Shown: piece after piece, positions 1 to 8,344 of the stretch
Position numbering within the stretch: the stretch's first letter is position 1
Layout of the letters: each line of letters begins with the position of its first letter
DNA from: Acidimicrobiia bacterium
GTDB lineage: Bacteria; Actinomycetota; Acidimicrobiia; Acidimicrobiales; JACDCH01
NCBI GenBank assembly: GCA_052387955.1
Contig: JBQTIQ010000040.1
Span: forward strand, 23,879 to 87,878
Reading direction: 5' to 3'
Length of the DNA: 64,000 bases
The notes under the pieces: model-generated
The model's input: the letters and a program-made list of their open reading frames with translations, nothing else
Databases searched by the model: none
Told to the model about the DNA's origin: nothing
Translations under genes and position numbers: made by a program

Positions 1-147
1 TACTGCGGCGTCGGTCAGGGCGTCGAGGCTGGCGTAGCCGAGGACGGCGAGCATGGCCGCGATCTCGGCATCGTCGGGACCGAGGTGGCGGTCCACGAAG
101 GCGGCCTCGCGGGGGCCCGCGGCGGGGATCGGCGAAGCGACGGCCAT
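1..147 (-). CDS. gcvP: glycine dehydrogenase (aminomethyl-transferring) GcvP, first 49 codons only; the gene runs off the window start
   Basis: Hand translation of the minus strand from ATG at 147-145 gives [49 protein letters not shown]. This fits the conserved GcvP N-terminus (F..RH.GP....ML..LG..SLD.L). A glycine riboswitch aptamer lies upstream on the same strand. Confidence 0.6.
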   Translation of the reverse strand, partial: MAVASPIPAAGPREAAFVDRHLGPDDAEIAAMLAVLGYASLDALTDAAV

Positions 148-337
148 TGCCGGCGCGGTGCGGCCCGGGCCGTGACGGTTGGAGTGGTCGGTGGGCGGGG
201 CAGGCGGTGCAGGAGGCCCAGGGCGACGGGCACCGGCGTCGCCGGCCCGCTCGGCAGGGTGGGACATGGGGGCGGCGTCTCCTCGCGATGTCTCCCCGAG
301 CTGTCACGGTGCCCGAGCGCCGCTCCAGCTGTGCCTC

Positions 338-416
338 GTCCGTGTGGTCGGTTGGCCTGAGAGTTTCCCGGGAGTTGGTTGCCCCTTCGGCGCACCCGGA
401 GGTGCTCTCCCACACG
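338..416 (-). promoter_or_regulatory. glycine riboswitch aptamer in the gcvP leader
   Basis: The minus strand reads GTGTGG-GAGAGCACCTCCGGGTGCGCCGAAGGGGCAACCAACTCCCGGGAAACTCTCAGGCCAACCGA-CCACAC-GGAC. It has a P1 helix (GTGTGG/CCACAC), a GGAGAG core, CGCCGAAGGGGCAA and CTCTCAGGC...GGAC, which are the hallmark glycine-aptamer motifs. It lies about 190 nt upstream of the gcvP ATG. Confidence 0.75.
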
Positions 417-466
417 AGGTCGACGGCCCGAGCACGCTACCAGCCAGCCACGCTCGGCCCGCCGAT

Positions 467-1423
467 ATGGTCCGGTCCGTGGCCGACGCCGGGCGGGAGC
501 GCCCCACCCTGATCGAAGCCCGCGGCCTCACCAAACGTTTCGGGGACCAGGTGGCGGTCGACGCCGTCGATTTCGACGTCGAGCGGGGGGAGGCGTTCGG
601 GTTCCTGGGCCCCAACGGCGCCGGCAAGTCGTCGACGATGCGCATGATCGGCTGTGTGTCGCCGGCCTCGGCGGGACGGCTCCGGGTGCTGGGGATGGAC
701 CCTGCCACTGACGGCCCGGCCATCCGCGCCCGGCTCGGCGTCGTGCCTCAGGAGGACACGCTCGACATGGAGCTGTCGGTGGCCGAGAACCTGTTCATCT
801 ACGGCCGCTACTTCGACCTGCCCCGGGCCGAGATCCGCCGGCGGGCGGCCGAGCTGCTCGACTTCGTCCAGCTCGGCGACCGGGCCGACGACCGGGTCGA
901 GCCCCTGTCGGGCGGCATGAAACGCCGGCTCACCATCGCCCGGTCGTTGATCAACCGGCCCGAACTGCTGCTGCTCGACGAGCCAACCACCGGCCTCGAT
1001 CCCCAGGCCCGCCACGTGGTGTGGGACCGCCTCTACCGGCTCAAGCAGCAGGGCGTCACCCTGGTGCTGACCACGCACTACATGGACGAGGCCGAACAGC
1101 TCTGTGACCGCCTGGTGGTGATGGACAAGGCCCGCATCGCTGCCATCGGGTCGCCCCGCTCGCTGATCGAGCTCCACTCGACCCGCGAGGTGGTCGAGCT
1201 TCGTTTCCGTCCCGGGGACCAGGAGACGGCGGTGGACCGGTTGGCGGGCCTGGCCACCCGCACCGAGGTGCTGCCCGACCGGGTGCTGCTCTACGTGACC
1301 GACGGCGACCCGGTGGTGGCCGAGGTCCACGCCCGGGGCCTGGTGCCGGAGAACATGGTCGTGCGCCGGGCCACGCTCGAGGACGTCTTCCTCCATCTGA
1401 CCGGTCGGACCCTGGTCGAATGA
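467..1423 (+). CDS. ABC transporter ATP-binding protein (ABC-2/DrrA/NodI-like)
   Basis: Walker [11 protein letters not shown], signature LSGGMKRRL and Walker B LLLLDEPT are present. The ORF track starts at 179, but the conserved domain begins at the ATG at 467 (MVRSVADAG...[12 protein letters not shown]). ATGA overlap with the next gene. Confidence 0.9.
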   Translation: MVRSVADAGRERPTLIEARGLTKRFGDQVAVDAVDFDVERGEAFGFLGPNGAGKSSTMRMIGCVSPASAGRLRVLGMDPATDGPAIRARLGVVPQEDTLDMELSVAENLFIYGRYFDLPRAEIRRRAAELLDFVQLGDRADDRVEPLSGGMKRRLTIARSLINRPELLLLDEPTTGLDPQARHVVWDRLYRLKQQGVTLVLTTHYMDEAEQLCDRLVVMDKARIAAIGSPRSLIELHSTREVVELRFRPGDQETAVDRLAGLATRTEVLPDRVLLYVTDGDPVVAEVHARGLVPENMVVRRATLEDVFLHLTGRTLVE

Positions 1424-2208
1424 GCACCCCCGGCGCGCTCCGGGTCGTCGAGGCGCTGGCCGTCCACTACCGGCGTTCGTGGCGGCTGGCGATGGCGACG
1501 TCGTTCCTCAACCCGTTGCTGTTCTTGCTGGCCATGGGCGTCGGCCTGGGCTCGCTGGTCGACGGGGGCACCGCCGGCGCAGGGGCCGCCTCGCTGGGCG
1601 GTGCCGGCTACCTCGACTTCCTGGCCCCGGGGTTGCTGGCCGCCACCGCCGTGCAGGTGGGGGCGGCCGAGTCCACCTATCCGGTCCTGTCCCGGGTGAA
1701 GTGGAACCCGACGTACCCGGCGATGTTGGCCACCCCGCTCGAGGTGGGCGACCTGGTCAACGGACAGCTGGGGTGGATCGGCCTCCGGCTGCTGCAGACG
1801 ACGACCCTGTTCGCCCTGGTGATGGTCATGTTGGGCGCCCTCGGCTCATGGTGGGGTGTGCTGGCCGTCCCCGTCGCCGCTCTTTGCGGCCTGGCGCTGG
1901 CCGCTCCGATCTGTGCCGTGAGCGCCTCTCTGCAACGAGACGTCGGCCTGGCCAGCATCCTGCGCTTCGGCATCATGCCGATGTTCCTCTTCTCGGGAAC
2001 GTTCTTCCCGGTCTCCCAGCTACCGGCGCTCCTGCAGCCGGTGGCCTACGCCACCCCGCTGTGGCATGGCGTCGACCTGTGCCGCCGCCTGTGCCTGGGC
2101 ACCGCCGGGGCCGCCCGGTCGCTCGGGCACCTGGCCTACCTGGCCCTGTGGCTGGCGGTCGGCGCCGCGGTGGCGACCAGGGCCTACCGCCGGCGGTTGG
2201 TCAAGTGA
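1420..2208 (+). CDS. ABC-2 type transporter permease
   Basis: 262-aa multi-TM protein with ATGA start/stop overlap to the upstream ATPase. Hydrophobic ABC-2 permease-like profile. Confidence 0.85.
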   Translation: MSTPGALRVVEALAVHYRRSWRLAMATSFLNPLLFLLAMGVGLGSLVDGGTAGAGAASLGGAGYLDFLAPGLLAATAVQVGAAESTYPVLSRVKWNPTYPAMLATPLEVGDLVNGQLGWIGLRLLQTTTLFALVMVMLGALGSWWGVLAVPVAALCGLALAAPICAVSASLQRDVGLASILRFGIMPMFLFSGTFFPVSQLPALLQPVAYATPLWHGVDLCRRLCLGTAGAARSLGHLAYLALWLAVGAAVATRAYRRRLVK

Positions 2209-3029
2209 CCCTCGCCGGCGAACGCCGGCTGGCGGCACTGCTGAGCGCGCCGCGGGTGCCGCTCGGTCGCTGGCGGCCGGGCCGGGTCCTCGAGCGCAAC
2301 GTCATGGTCGCCCGCTACTCGTGGTTGGTCATCTTCTCGGGCTTCTTCGACCCGGTCTTCTACCTGTTCTCGCTCGGCGTCGGCCTGGGGGAACTGGTCG
2401 GGAGCGTCCCCGGCCCCCACGGGGGCAGCGTCTCCTACCGTGAGTTCGTCGCCCCCGCCCTGATGGCGGCCTCGGCCATGAACGGCGCCGTGTACGAGTC
2501 GACGATGAACGTCTTCTACAAGCTGCGCCACGCCCGGGTCTACGACGCCCTGCTGGCGACGCCGATGAGCCCGGGCGACGTCGCCCGGGGGGAGATCACC
2601 TGGTGCCTCCTGCGGGGCGGCCTCTACGGGACCGGCTTTCTCCTGGTCATGGCGGCGATGGGCCTGATCGGGTCGTGGTGGGCGCTGATGGCGCTGCCGG
2701 CAGTGCTGCTCATCGGGTTCGCCTTCGCCGCCTGCGGGATGGCGTTCACGTCCTATGTGCGGACGTGGGCCGACTTCGAACTGGTCCAGCTGGCGGTGGT
2801 GCTGATGTTCCTGTTCTCGGCCACCTTCTATCCGTTGGGCGTCTACCCCCGGGGCCTTCAGCTGGTGGTGCAGGCGACGCCGCTCTTCCACGGGGTCACG
2901 CTGGTGAGGGCGTTGACGGCCGGCGCCGTCGGCCCGGGCCTGCTGGTGCACCTGGCCTATCTGGTGACGATGGGGGCCGTCGGCCTGGCCATCACCGGCC
3001 GGCGCTTCGCCCGCCTCCTGCTGCCCTAG
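2205..3029 (+). CDS. ABC-2 type transporter permease (second subunit)
   Basis: In-frame GTG at 2205 overlaps the stop of the previous gene (GTGA). The product (VTLAGERRL...ARYSWLVIFSGFFDPVFYLFSLGVG...) is a multi-TM paralog of the preceding permease. The upstream part of ORF 1479..3029 is out-of-frame overlap. Confidence 0.8.
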   Translation: MTLAGERRLAALLSAPRVPLGRWRPGRVLERNVMVARYSWLVIFSGFFDPVFYLFSLGVGLGELVGSVPGPHGGSVSYREFVAPALMAASAMNGAVYESTMNVFYKLRHARVYDALLATPMSPGDVARGEITWCLLRGGLYGTGFLLVMAAMGLIGSWWALMALPAVLLIGFAFAACGMAFTSYVRTWADFELVQLAVVLMFLFSATFYPLGVYPRGLQLVVQATPLFHGVTLVRALTAGAVGPGLLVHLAYLVTMGAVGLAITGRRFARLLLP

Positions 3030-3038
3030 CGGCGCCGA

Positions 3039-3860
3039 CTACGCCGGCGACGCAGTCGGCGGGGGAGGCGCCGGAGGCGCCGGAGGCGCCGGCTTTCCCG
3101 CCGCCAGCCTGCCCATGGCCTGGAAGGCCTCGAGCAGCTCGATGGGGATCGGGAAGATGATGGTCGAGTTGTTCTCGGCCGAGATCTCCGCCATCGTCTG
3201 CAGCTGGCGGAGCTGCAGGGCGCCGGGCGAGGCGGCGATCACGTCGGCCGCTTCGCCCAGCTTCTGGGACGCTTGCAGCTCGCCTTCGGCGGCGATGATC
3301 TTGGCCCGGCGTTCGCGCTCGGCCTCGGCCTGGCGGGCCATGGCCCGCTGCATCTGCTCGGGTAGCCCCACGTCCCGGATCTCCACCCGGTGGACCTTCA
3401 CGCCCCACGATTCGGTCTGGGCGTCGAGCGCCTCCTGGAGCTCGGCGTCGATCTGGTCACGTTCGCTCAGCAACTGGTCGAGCTCGTGGCGCCCCACCGT
3501 CGAGCGGAGGGTGGTCTGGGCCACCAGCTGCGACGAGGAGTACCAGTCGCGGATCTTGACCACCGACGCCGCCGGGTCGACGACCTGGAAGTAGGCCACC
3601 GCGTCCACGGTGGCGGTGACGTTGTCCCGGGTGATCACGGCCTGCGACGCCACCGGCACGGCGACGATCTGCAGGTTCGTCTTGATGATCTTGTCGATCA
3701 CCGGGATGACGAAGAAGACGCCCGGGCCCTTGGCGCCGACGCAGCGGCCGAGGCGGAAGATCACGCCCCGCTCGTACTCCTGGACGATCTTGATCGACGA
3801 CGCCAGGATCAGCACGAACACGAAGCCCACCACGAGGATGGCCACTACCGCATTTCCCAC
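3039..3860 (-). CDS. SPFH/band-7 (stomatin/slipin-like) membrane protein
   Basis: N-terminal TM followed by IKIVQEYERGVIFRLGR...VFFVIPVIDKI, a typical stomatin/SPFH core. A long coiled region has the ARQAEAERERRAKIIAAEGE motif. It lies downstream of an NfeD gene. Confidence 0.9.
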   Translation of the reverse strand: MGNAVVAILVVGFVFVLILASSIKIVQEYERGVIFRLGRCVGAKGPGVFFVIPVIDKIIKTNLQIVAVPVASQAVITRDNVTATVDAVAYFQVVDPAASVVKIRDWYSSSQLVAQTTLRSTVGRHELDQLLSERDQIDAELQEALDAQTESWGVKVHRVEIRDVGLPEQMQRAMARQAEAERERRAKIIAAEGELQASQKLGEAADVIAASPGALQLRQLQTMAEISAENNSTIIFPIPIELLEAFQAMGRLAAGKPAPPAPPAPPPPTASPA

Positions 3861-3908
3861 CGTTACCTCCTGGTCGCCGCCCGTCGAGGCGTACGCCTCG
3901 GCCTATGT

Positions 3909-4520
3909 CTAGACGCCCCAGCCGACGGGCGCGTACAGGGCGACGTCGAGGGTCATGCCCCGGTAACCGAGCACGCTCACCTCGACGCCGGGCCACAGCG
4001 CCGGCGGCCCGCAGGCGTTCCAGAGCGAGCCGTCGACCCGGACGGTGCCGGTGCCGTCCTGCCAGCGGGTGACCGTCCCGGTGCGCCCGACGAGCGCATC
4101 CATACCGAGCTGGGGTGGCATGTCGAGCAGGCGAGTAGCCGAGCGGAGCAGGGGCCGGAACCCGATCGGGAGCCCCACGGTGCCGACCACGGCCAGCACG
4201 ATCGTCGCCGGGTCACCGGCCAGCACGCCGTAACCGCCGCTGCCCAGGCCGAACAGGCCGGCCGCCGCCAGCTGGGCCGACGGCGAGCGGCGCCCGAAGG
4301 TGAGCAGCACCGCCCACACGCACACCGCGGCCGCCACCGCCAAGAGCGGCCACCACGGTTCACCGAGCCGGTCGGCGGTGGCCACGGCGAGCGCCGCCAG
4401 CGCCAGACCCGACAGCCCCGCCACCCCGAACGTGGGCAGGGCGACCTCGACCAGCAGCAGGGCCGCTGACAGCGTCAGCGCCACCAGCACCAGGGCGGGA
4501 CCGTCGAGCAGCGCACCCAT
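3909..4520 (-). CDS. NfeD family membrane protein
   Basis: Multi-TM N-terminus and a C-terminal OB-like segment (GRTGTVTRWQDGTGTVRVDGSLW...VEVSVLGYRGMTLDV). This is the classic NfeD-SPFH operon order. Confidence 0.8.
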   Translation of the reverse strand: MGALLDGPALVLVALTLSAALLLVEVALPTFGVAGLSGLALAALAVATADRLGEPWWPLLAVAAAVCVWAVLLTFGRRSPSAQLAAAGLFGLGSGGYGVLAGDPATIVLAVVGTVGLPIGFRPLLRSATRLLDMPPQLGMDALVGRTGTVTRWQDGTGTVRVDGSLWNACGPPALWPGVEVSVLGYRGMTLDVALYAPVGWGV

Positions 4521-4568
4521 CGGCGGAAGCGTACCGGCGCTGGGGCCCGGCGCCGCCGGGCGCGGCCC

Positions 4569-6938
4569 TCACCCGCAGCGCTGGGGTGCCGGCACCGCGA
4601 AGGTGTTGTTGAGGAAGTACTCGTCGCGCGGGAACACGTCGCGGTTCAGGGCTTCACCGGCGCTGTCGACCGGTTGGCCGCCCACATAGCAGACGGGTTG
4701 GGCCGAGGCGTAGAACTCTTCGACGGCTCGGCGTTGGCCGGAGGTGAAGACGTCGGGCCCGACATGGTCCTCGAGCCGCCGCAGCATCTCCGCCCGGTCG
4801 TAGTCGATCGGCTGCTTGCTGGCCAGGAGGAACTGTGAGTTCCCGTAGCTGGGGACGGCGAGCCCGATGACGTGGGGGAACACCTGGCTGACGCTGTTGA
4901 GCACCCGGGGCGTGGCCGCCCACTGGACCATGATCCCGTCCCCTTCGAGCCGGTCGCGTACGAGCTCGTAGAACTCGACCGAGTACAGGCTGCCGCTGAA
5001 GGCCGACTGGGGCCGCAACACGTCCACCGTCACCGAGTCGAAGCCCTCGTCGGCCGAGAGCAGGAACTCCCGTCCGTCGTCGATGCGCAGGCGCAGGCGC
5101 TCCTCGGCCAGCAGGCGGCGGTGCTCGTCCGACCCGTCCTCGGCCAAGCCCTGGAGCAGGTCGACCTGCCCGCCGCAGAGTTCGACCGCGTCGACGGTAA
5201 GAACCCGTTCGTCGGCGGCGAGGGCGTAGGGAGTGCCTCCCATGCCGAGCCCGACGGCCATGGCGCGACGGGGCTCGGGATGGGCCAGCGCGGCGGTGAG
5301 CCCGACCAGCACGTGGAAGTCGTCCCAGGGATAGCCGTTCTGGCCCGACGCGTTGATGTAGAGGAACCCGTTGAGGCCTTCGGGCCCGAAGACGCCCTTC
5401 TTGATGGCGGTGACGCACGAGCGGTCCTCGGCGAGCTCGAACGAGGCGTCGTCGGGTACGCCGTGGATGAACGCCCACAGCCCCCGGTTCGACGGGAACG
5501 CCACCGCCAACACCACCACCAGGCCCACCGCGCCGACGGCGAGGGTGGCCCGGCGCCGGGGTTCGGCGAACCGCAGGGCGCAGGCGACACCGGGGACCAA
5601 CTGGACACCGGCCAGCACCAGCATGGTGCCGGCGGTGCCGAGCCGGTCGATGAGCACGAAGCCGACCAGCAGGACACCGAAGACGTTGCCGGCGATGTTG
5701 GCCGCCAACAGCGAGCCGGTACGCCGGCCCAACGTCTCGACGCGCTCGGACACCAGCGTCTGGACGAAAGGGAACGATGCCCCCATGAGCAGCACCGGGA
5801 CCGCCATCACCAGCAGGGGCGCGGCCCCGTAGGCGAAGACCAGCTTCACCCCCTCGGCCAGCGTGTCGATCTCGGAGAACCCGGTGTTGAACCCGTCGCC
5901 GCCGAAGTAGCCCCGTAGGACGTCCCGCAGCCCGAGCCGAGGCGCGACCTGGACCAGGACCACCACACCGGCCAGCGCCGCCACCCCGACCGCGAACTGC
6001 AGCCCCAGGAACCAGCGGGCGGCGTCACGGGCCTGCTCGAGCAGCTTCCCGCCGATGGCGGCGCCGATCCCGAAGCAGGTGAGGTACACGGCGAGCACGT
6101 GGGCGAAGCTGTAGGAGTTCGACCGCATGATCGAGTCGATGAGCCGGAAGAACACCAGCTCGAAGCCGAGGGCCACGGCCCCGGTGAGGGCGTAGAGGGC
6201 GAACCACGGCCCCGCCCGGCCGGCAGCGGCGGGCCCGGTGCGACTGCCCCCGCCGAGCGTCGGCCCGGTGCCCGCAGGCGCGCTGACGCCAGCCGGCACC
6301 TCCGCGCCCTCCGTCGTGGCGGCGTCGGCTCGGCGGGCCACCCGCCACAGGCTCAGCGCCAGCACCGCGGCCAACAGGTTGAGCGAGCCGGCCACCCGCA
6401 CTGCGCCGTTGAAGCCGAGGTTGCCGAGCAGCAACCACCCCGAGACCGCGGCACCGGATGCCGCCCCCAACGTGTTGACCGCGTAGAGCCGGCCCACCAG
6501 CGCCCCGGCATCCTGCACCCGTTCGACCAGGCCCTTGGCCACCAACGGGAGCGACAGGCCCATCAACGTGGTCGGTACCAACAGCAGGGCGAAGTTGAAG
6601 GCGAACTTGGCGCCGGTCGAGGCCAGGTCGGTGGCGACTCGGGCGTAGACGTCGTAGAACAGCCACACGCTGACCCAGGCGAACAGCCCGATGGCAGTGT
6701 TCGAGCCGGCGAAGGCCAACAGCGAGCGGCGCGGGCCCAAGCGGTCGGCGAGATGGCCGCCGAGGAGGCTGCCGAGCCCAAGGCCGGCCAGGAAGGCCGA
6801 CACCACGGTGGTGAACGACACCAGGTCGACACCGGCGTGGACGGAGATGACCCGTTGCCATACCACCTGCAGCGTCAGGGCCGAGAAACCCGTGATCGCG
6901 AACGTGGCGAAGAGGACGAGACGGGCGGCGCGGGTCAT
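4569..6938 (-). CDS. fused MFS-like membrane domain / spermidine synthase-like protein
   Basis: About 500 aa of TM helices are followed by a methyltransferase-fold spermidine-synthase-like C-terminus (MAVGLGMGGT...VDAVELCGG...DSVTVDVLRP). The likely start is the ATG at 6938 (MTRAARLVLFATF). Confidence 0.75.
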   Translation of the reverse strand: MTRAARLVLFATFAITGFSALTLQVVWQRVISVHAGVDLVSFTTVVSAFLAGLGLGSLLGGHLADRLGPRRSLLAFAGSNTAIGLFAWVSVWLFYDVYARVATDLASTGAKFAFNFALLLVPTTLMGLSLPLVAKGLVERVQDAGALVGRLYAVNTLGAASGAAVSGWLLLGNLGFNGAVRVAGSLNLLAAVLALSLWRVARRADAATTEGAEVPAGVSAPAGTGPTLGGGSRTGPAAAGRAGPWFALYALTGAVALGFELVFFRLIDSIMRSNSYSFAHVLAVYLTCFGIGAAIGGKLLEQARDAARWFLGLQFAVGVAALAGVVVLVQVAPRLGLRDVLRGYFGGDGFNTGFSEIDTLAEGVKLVFAYGAAPLLVMAVPVLLMGASFPFVQTLVSERVETLGRRTGSLLAANIAGNVFGVLLVGFVLIDRLGTAGTMLVLAGVQLVPGVACALRFAEPRRRATLAVGAVGLVVVLAVAFPSNRGLWAFIHGVPDDASFELAEDRSCVTAIKKGVFGPEGLNGFLYINASGQNGYPWDDFHVLVGLTAALAHPEPRRAMAVGLGMGGTPYALAADERVLTVDAVELCGGQVDLLQGLAEDGSDEHRRLLAEERLRLRIDDGREFLLSADEGFDSVTVDVLRPQSAFSGSLYSVEFYELVRDRLEGDGIMVQWAATPRVLNSVSQVFPHVIGLAVPSYGNSQFLLASKQPIDYDRAEMLRRLEDHVGPDVFTSGQRRAVEEFYASAQPVCYVGGQPVDSAGEALNRDVFPRDEYFLNNTFAVPAPQRCG

Positions 6939-7055
6939 TGACGGCGAATGGGCCCGAGACGAGCGGCTCGGCTCCCGTTGCCACCACCCTCGCACATACC
7001 CGAGCAGGCGCCGGCGCCGGAACGGGCGCCGGGCCGCCGGGGCTCCGGCGCCGGC

Positions 7056-8264
7056 CTATTCAGGCGGGGCCTCAGGCGGGGCCTCGGTAGCCTTCTCGGC
7101 GAAGTGGCGGGAGGTGGCGGCCATGATCGCAGAACCGGCTTCGCCGATGAAGGTCGGACGGTTGGCGGCGGCCCAGTCCCGCGACGCCACCGCCCGCTCG
7201 GCGGAGCCCTGGAAGACGGGGAACACCTCTCGGGCCAGGAGCTCGTAGCTGCGCCGGGTCGGCTCGCGGTCGGCCCATTCGTGGGCCATCACCAGGAAGG
7301 TGCCGAAGCCGCCGGCGGACTGGCCCCACAACCGTTCGACCTGGGCGATGGCGTCGGCCGGCGTGCCGATCACGGCGAAACCCGATTCGTTCAGGGCCTC
7401 CGCCATCCGGGCCGGGTCGTCGGTATCGGGGGCGATGGGGAGCGCCGCCACCCGCTGGAAGTAGTCGACCCACTGGCGCAGACCGAACTCGACGTCGGTG
7501 AAGGCCTGCTGGCGGCTGTCGGCGATGTGGACGGGGCCCACCAACCTCCAGGTGCGACGGTCGACGGTGGTACCGAACCGGGCGGCGCGGTCCTCGGCGA
7601 TCTGCCAGTGATAGCCGAGGGCATCGAAGCCCCGCTGGTTGGTTGCCCCCAACGACAACAGGCTGAGCCCGAACCGCCCCGCGGCCCGGGCGCCGGTGGG
7701 GGAGATCTGGGCCGCCACCGCCACCTCGAAGTGGGGATGGGTGTAGGGCCGGAGCTGGAGGCGGGCGTCGGCCAGGGTGAACCACTCGGTGGTGACGTTG
7801 ACCGGTTCGTCGTCGCGCAACAGCGCCAGGATGGCCTCGAGGGACTCCTCCATCCGGCTGCGCTGGGCCGCCACCGGGATCCCCATCATGAATGCATCGG
7901 AGGGCAGCGCGCCCGGCCCCGCCCCGAACATCACCCGGCCCCGGGTGAGATGGTCGAGCAGCACCATCCGGTCGGCCACCATCAGCGGGTGGTGGTACGG
8001 CAACGACGTGACGCCGGTGCCGAGCCTGATGTGGCGGGTGCGCTGGGCGGCGGCGGCGATGAAGATCTCCGGGCTGGCGATGATCTCGTAGCCGGCGGAG
8101 TGGTGCTCCCCGATCCACGCCTCGTCGAAGCCGAGATCGTCGAGATGGACCAGCAGCTCGAGGTCGCGCTCGAGCGCCAGGGTCGGGTTCTGCCCCACCG
8201 GGTGGAACGGCGCCAGGAAGACCCCGAAGCGCAGCGGCCAGCGGCGCGTCCCCGGCTCAGCCAT
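7056..8264 (-). CDS. LLM-class (luciferase-like) flavin-dependent oxidoreductase
   Basis: FGVFLAPFHP...DLGFDEAWIGEHHSAGYEII.SPEIFIAAAAQRTRHIRLGTGV is typical of luciferase-like monooxygenases. Start taken at the ATG at 8264. Confidence 0.8.
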   Translation of the reverse strand: MAEPGTRRWPLRFGVFLAPFHPVGQNPTLALERDLELLVHLDDLGFDEAWIGEHHSAGYEIIASPEIFIAAAAQRTRHIRLGTGVTSLPYHHPLMVADRMVLLDHLTRGRVMFGAGPGALPSDAFMMGIPVAAQRSRMEESLEAILALLRDDEPVNVTTEWFTLADARLQLRPYTHPHFEVAVAAQISPTGARAAGRFGLSLLSLGATNQRGFDALGYHWQIAEDRAARFGTTVDRRTWRLVGPVHIADSRQQAFTDVEFGLRQWVDYFQRVAALPIAPDTDDPARMAEALNESGFAVIGTPADAIAQVERLWGQSAGGFGTFLVMAHEWADREPTRRSYELLAREVFPVFQGSAERAVASRDWAAANRPTFIGEAGSAIMAATSRHFAEKATEAPPEAPPE

Positions 8265-8344
8265 CCGGGCTGGACCAGACGAACGGATCGATTGGGAGGG
8301 CGCCGTCGCGGCCACCAGGCCGCCGGCGAGAGCGGGCCATCAGC

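Noticed and set aside
250-337. Second (tandem) glycine aptamer
   Set aside because: Only partial motif matches are present (CTGGAGCGG, CACCGTGA). There is not enough to call a second functional aptamer by eye, so it is left as part of the leader.
179-466. N-terminal 96-codon extension of the ABC ATPase ORF
   Set aside because: The extension is Gly/Ala/Pro/Arg-rich and overlaps the gcvP riboswitch leader. The conserved NBD begins just after the ATG at 467.
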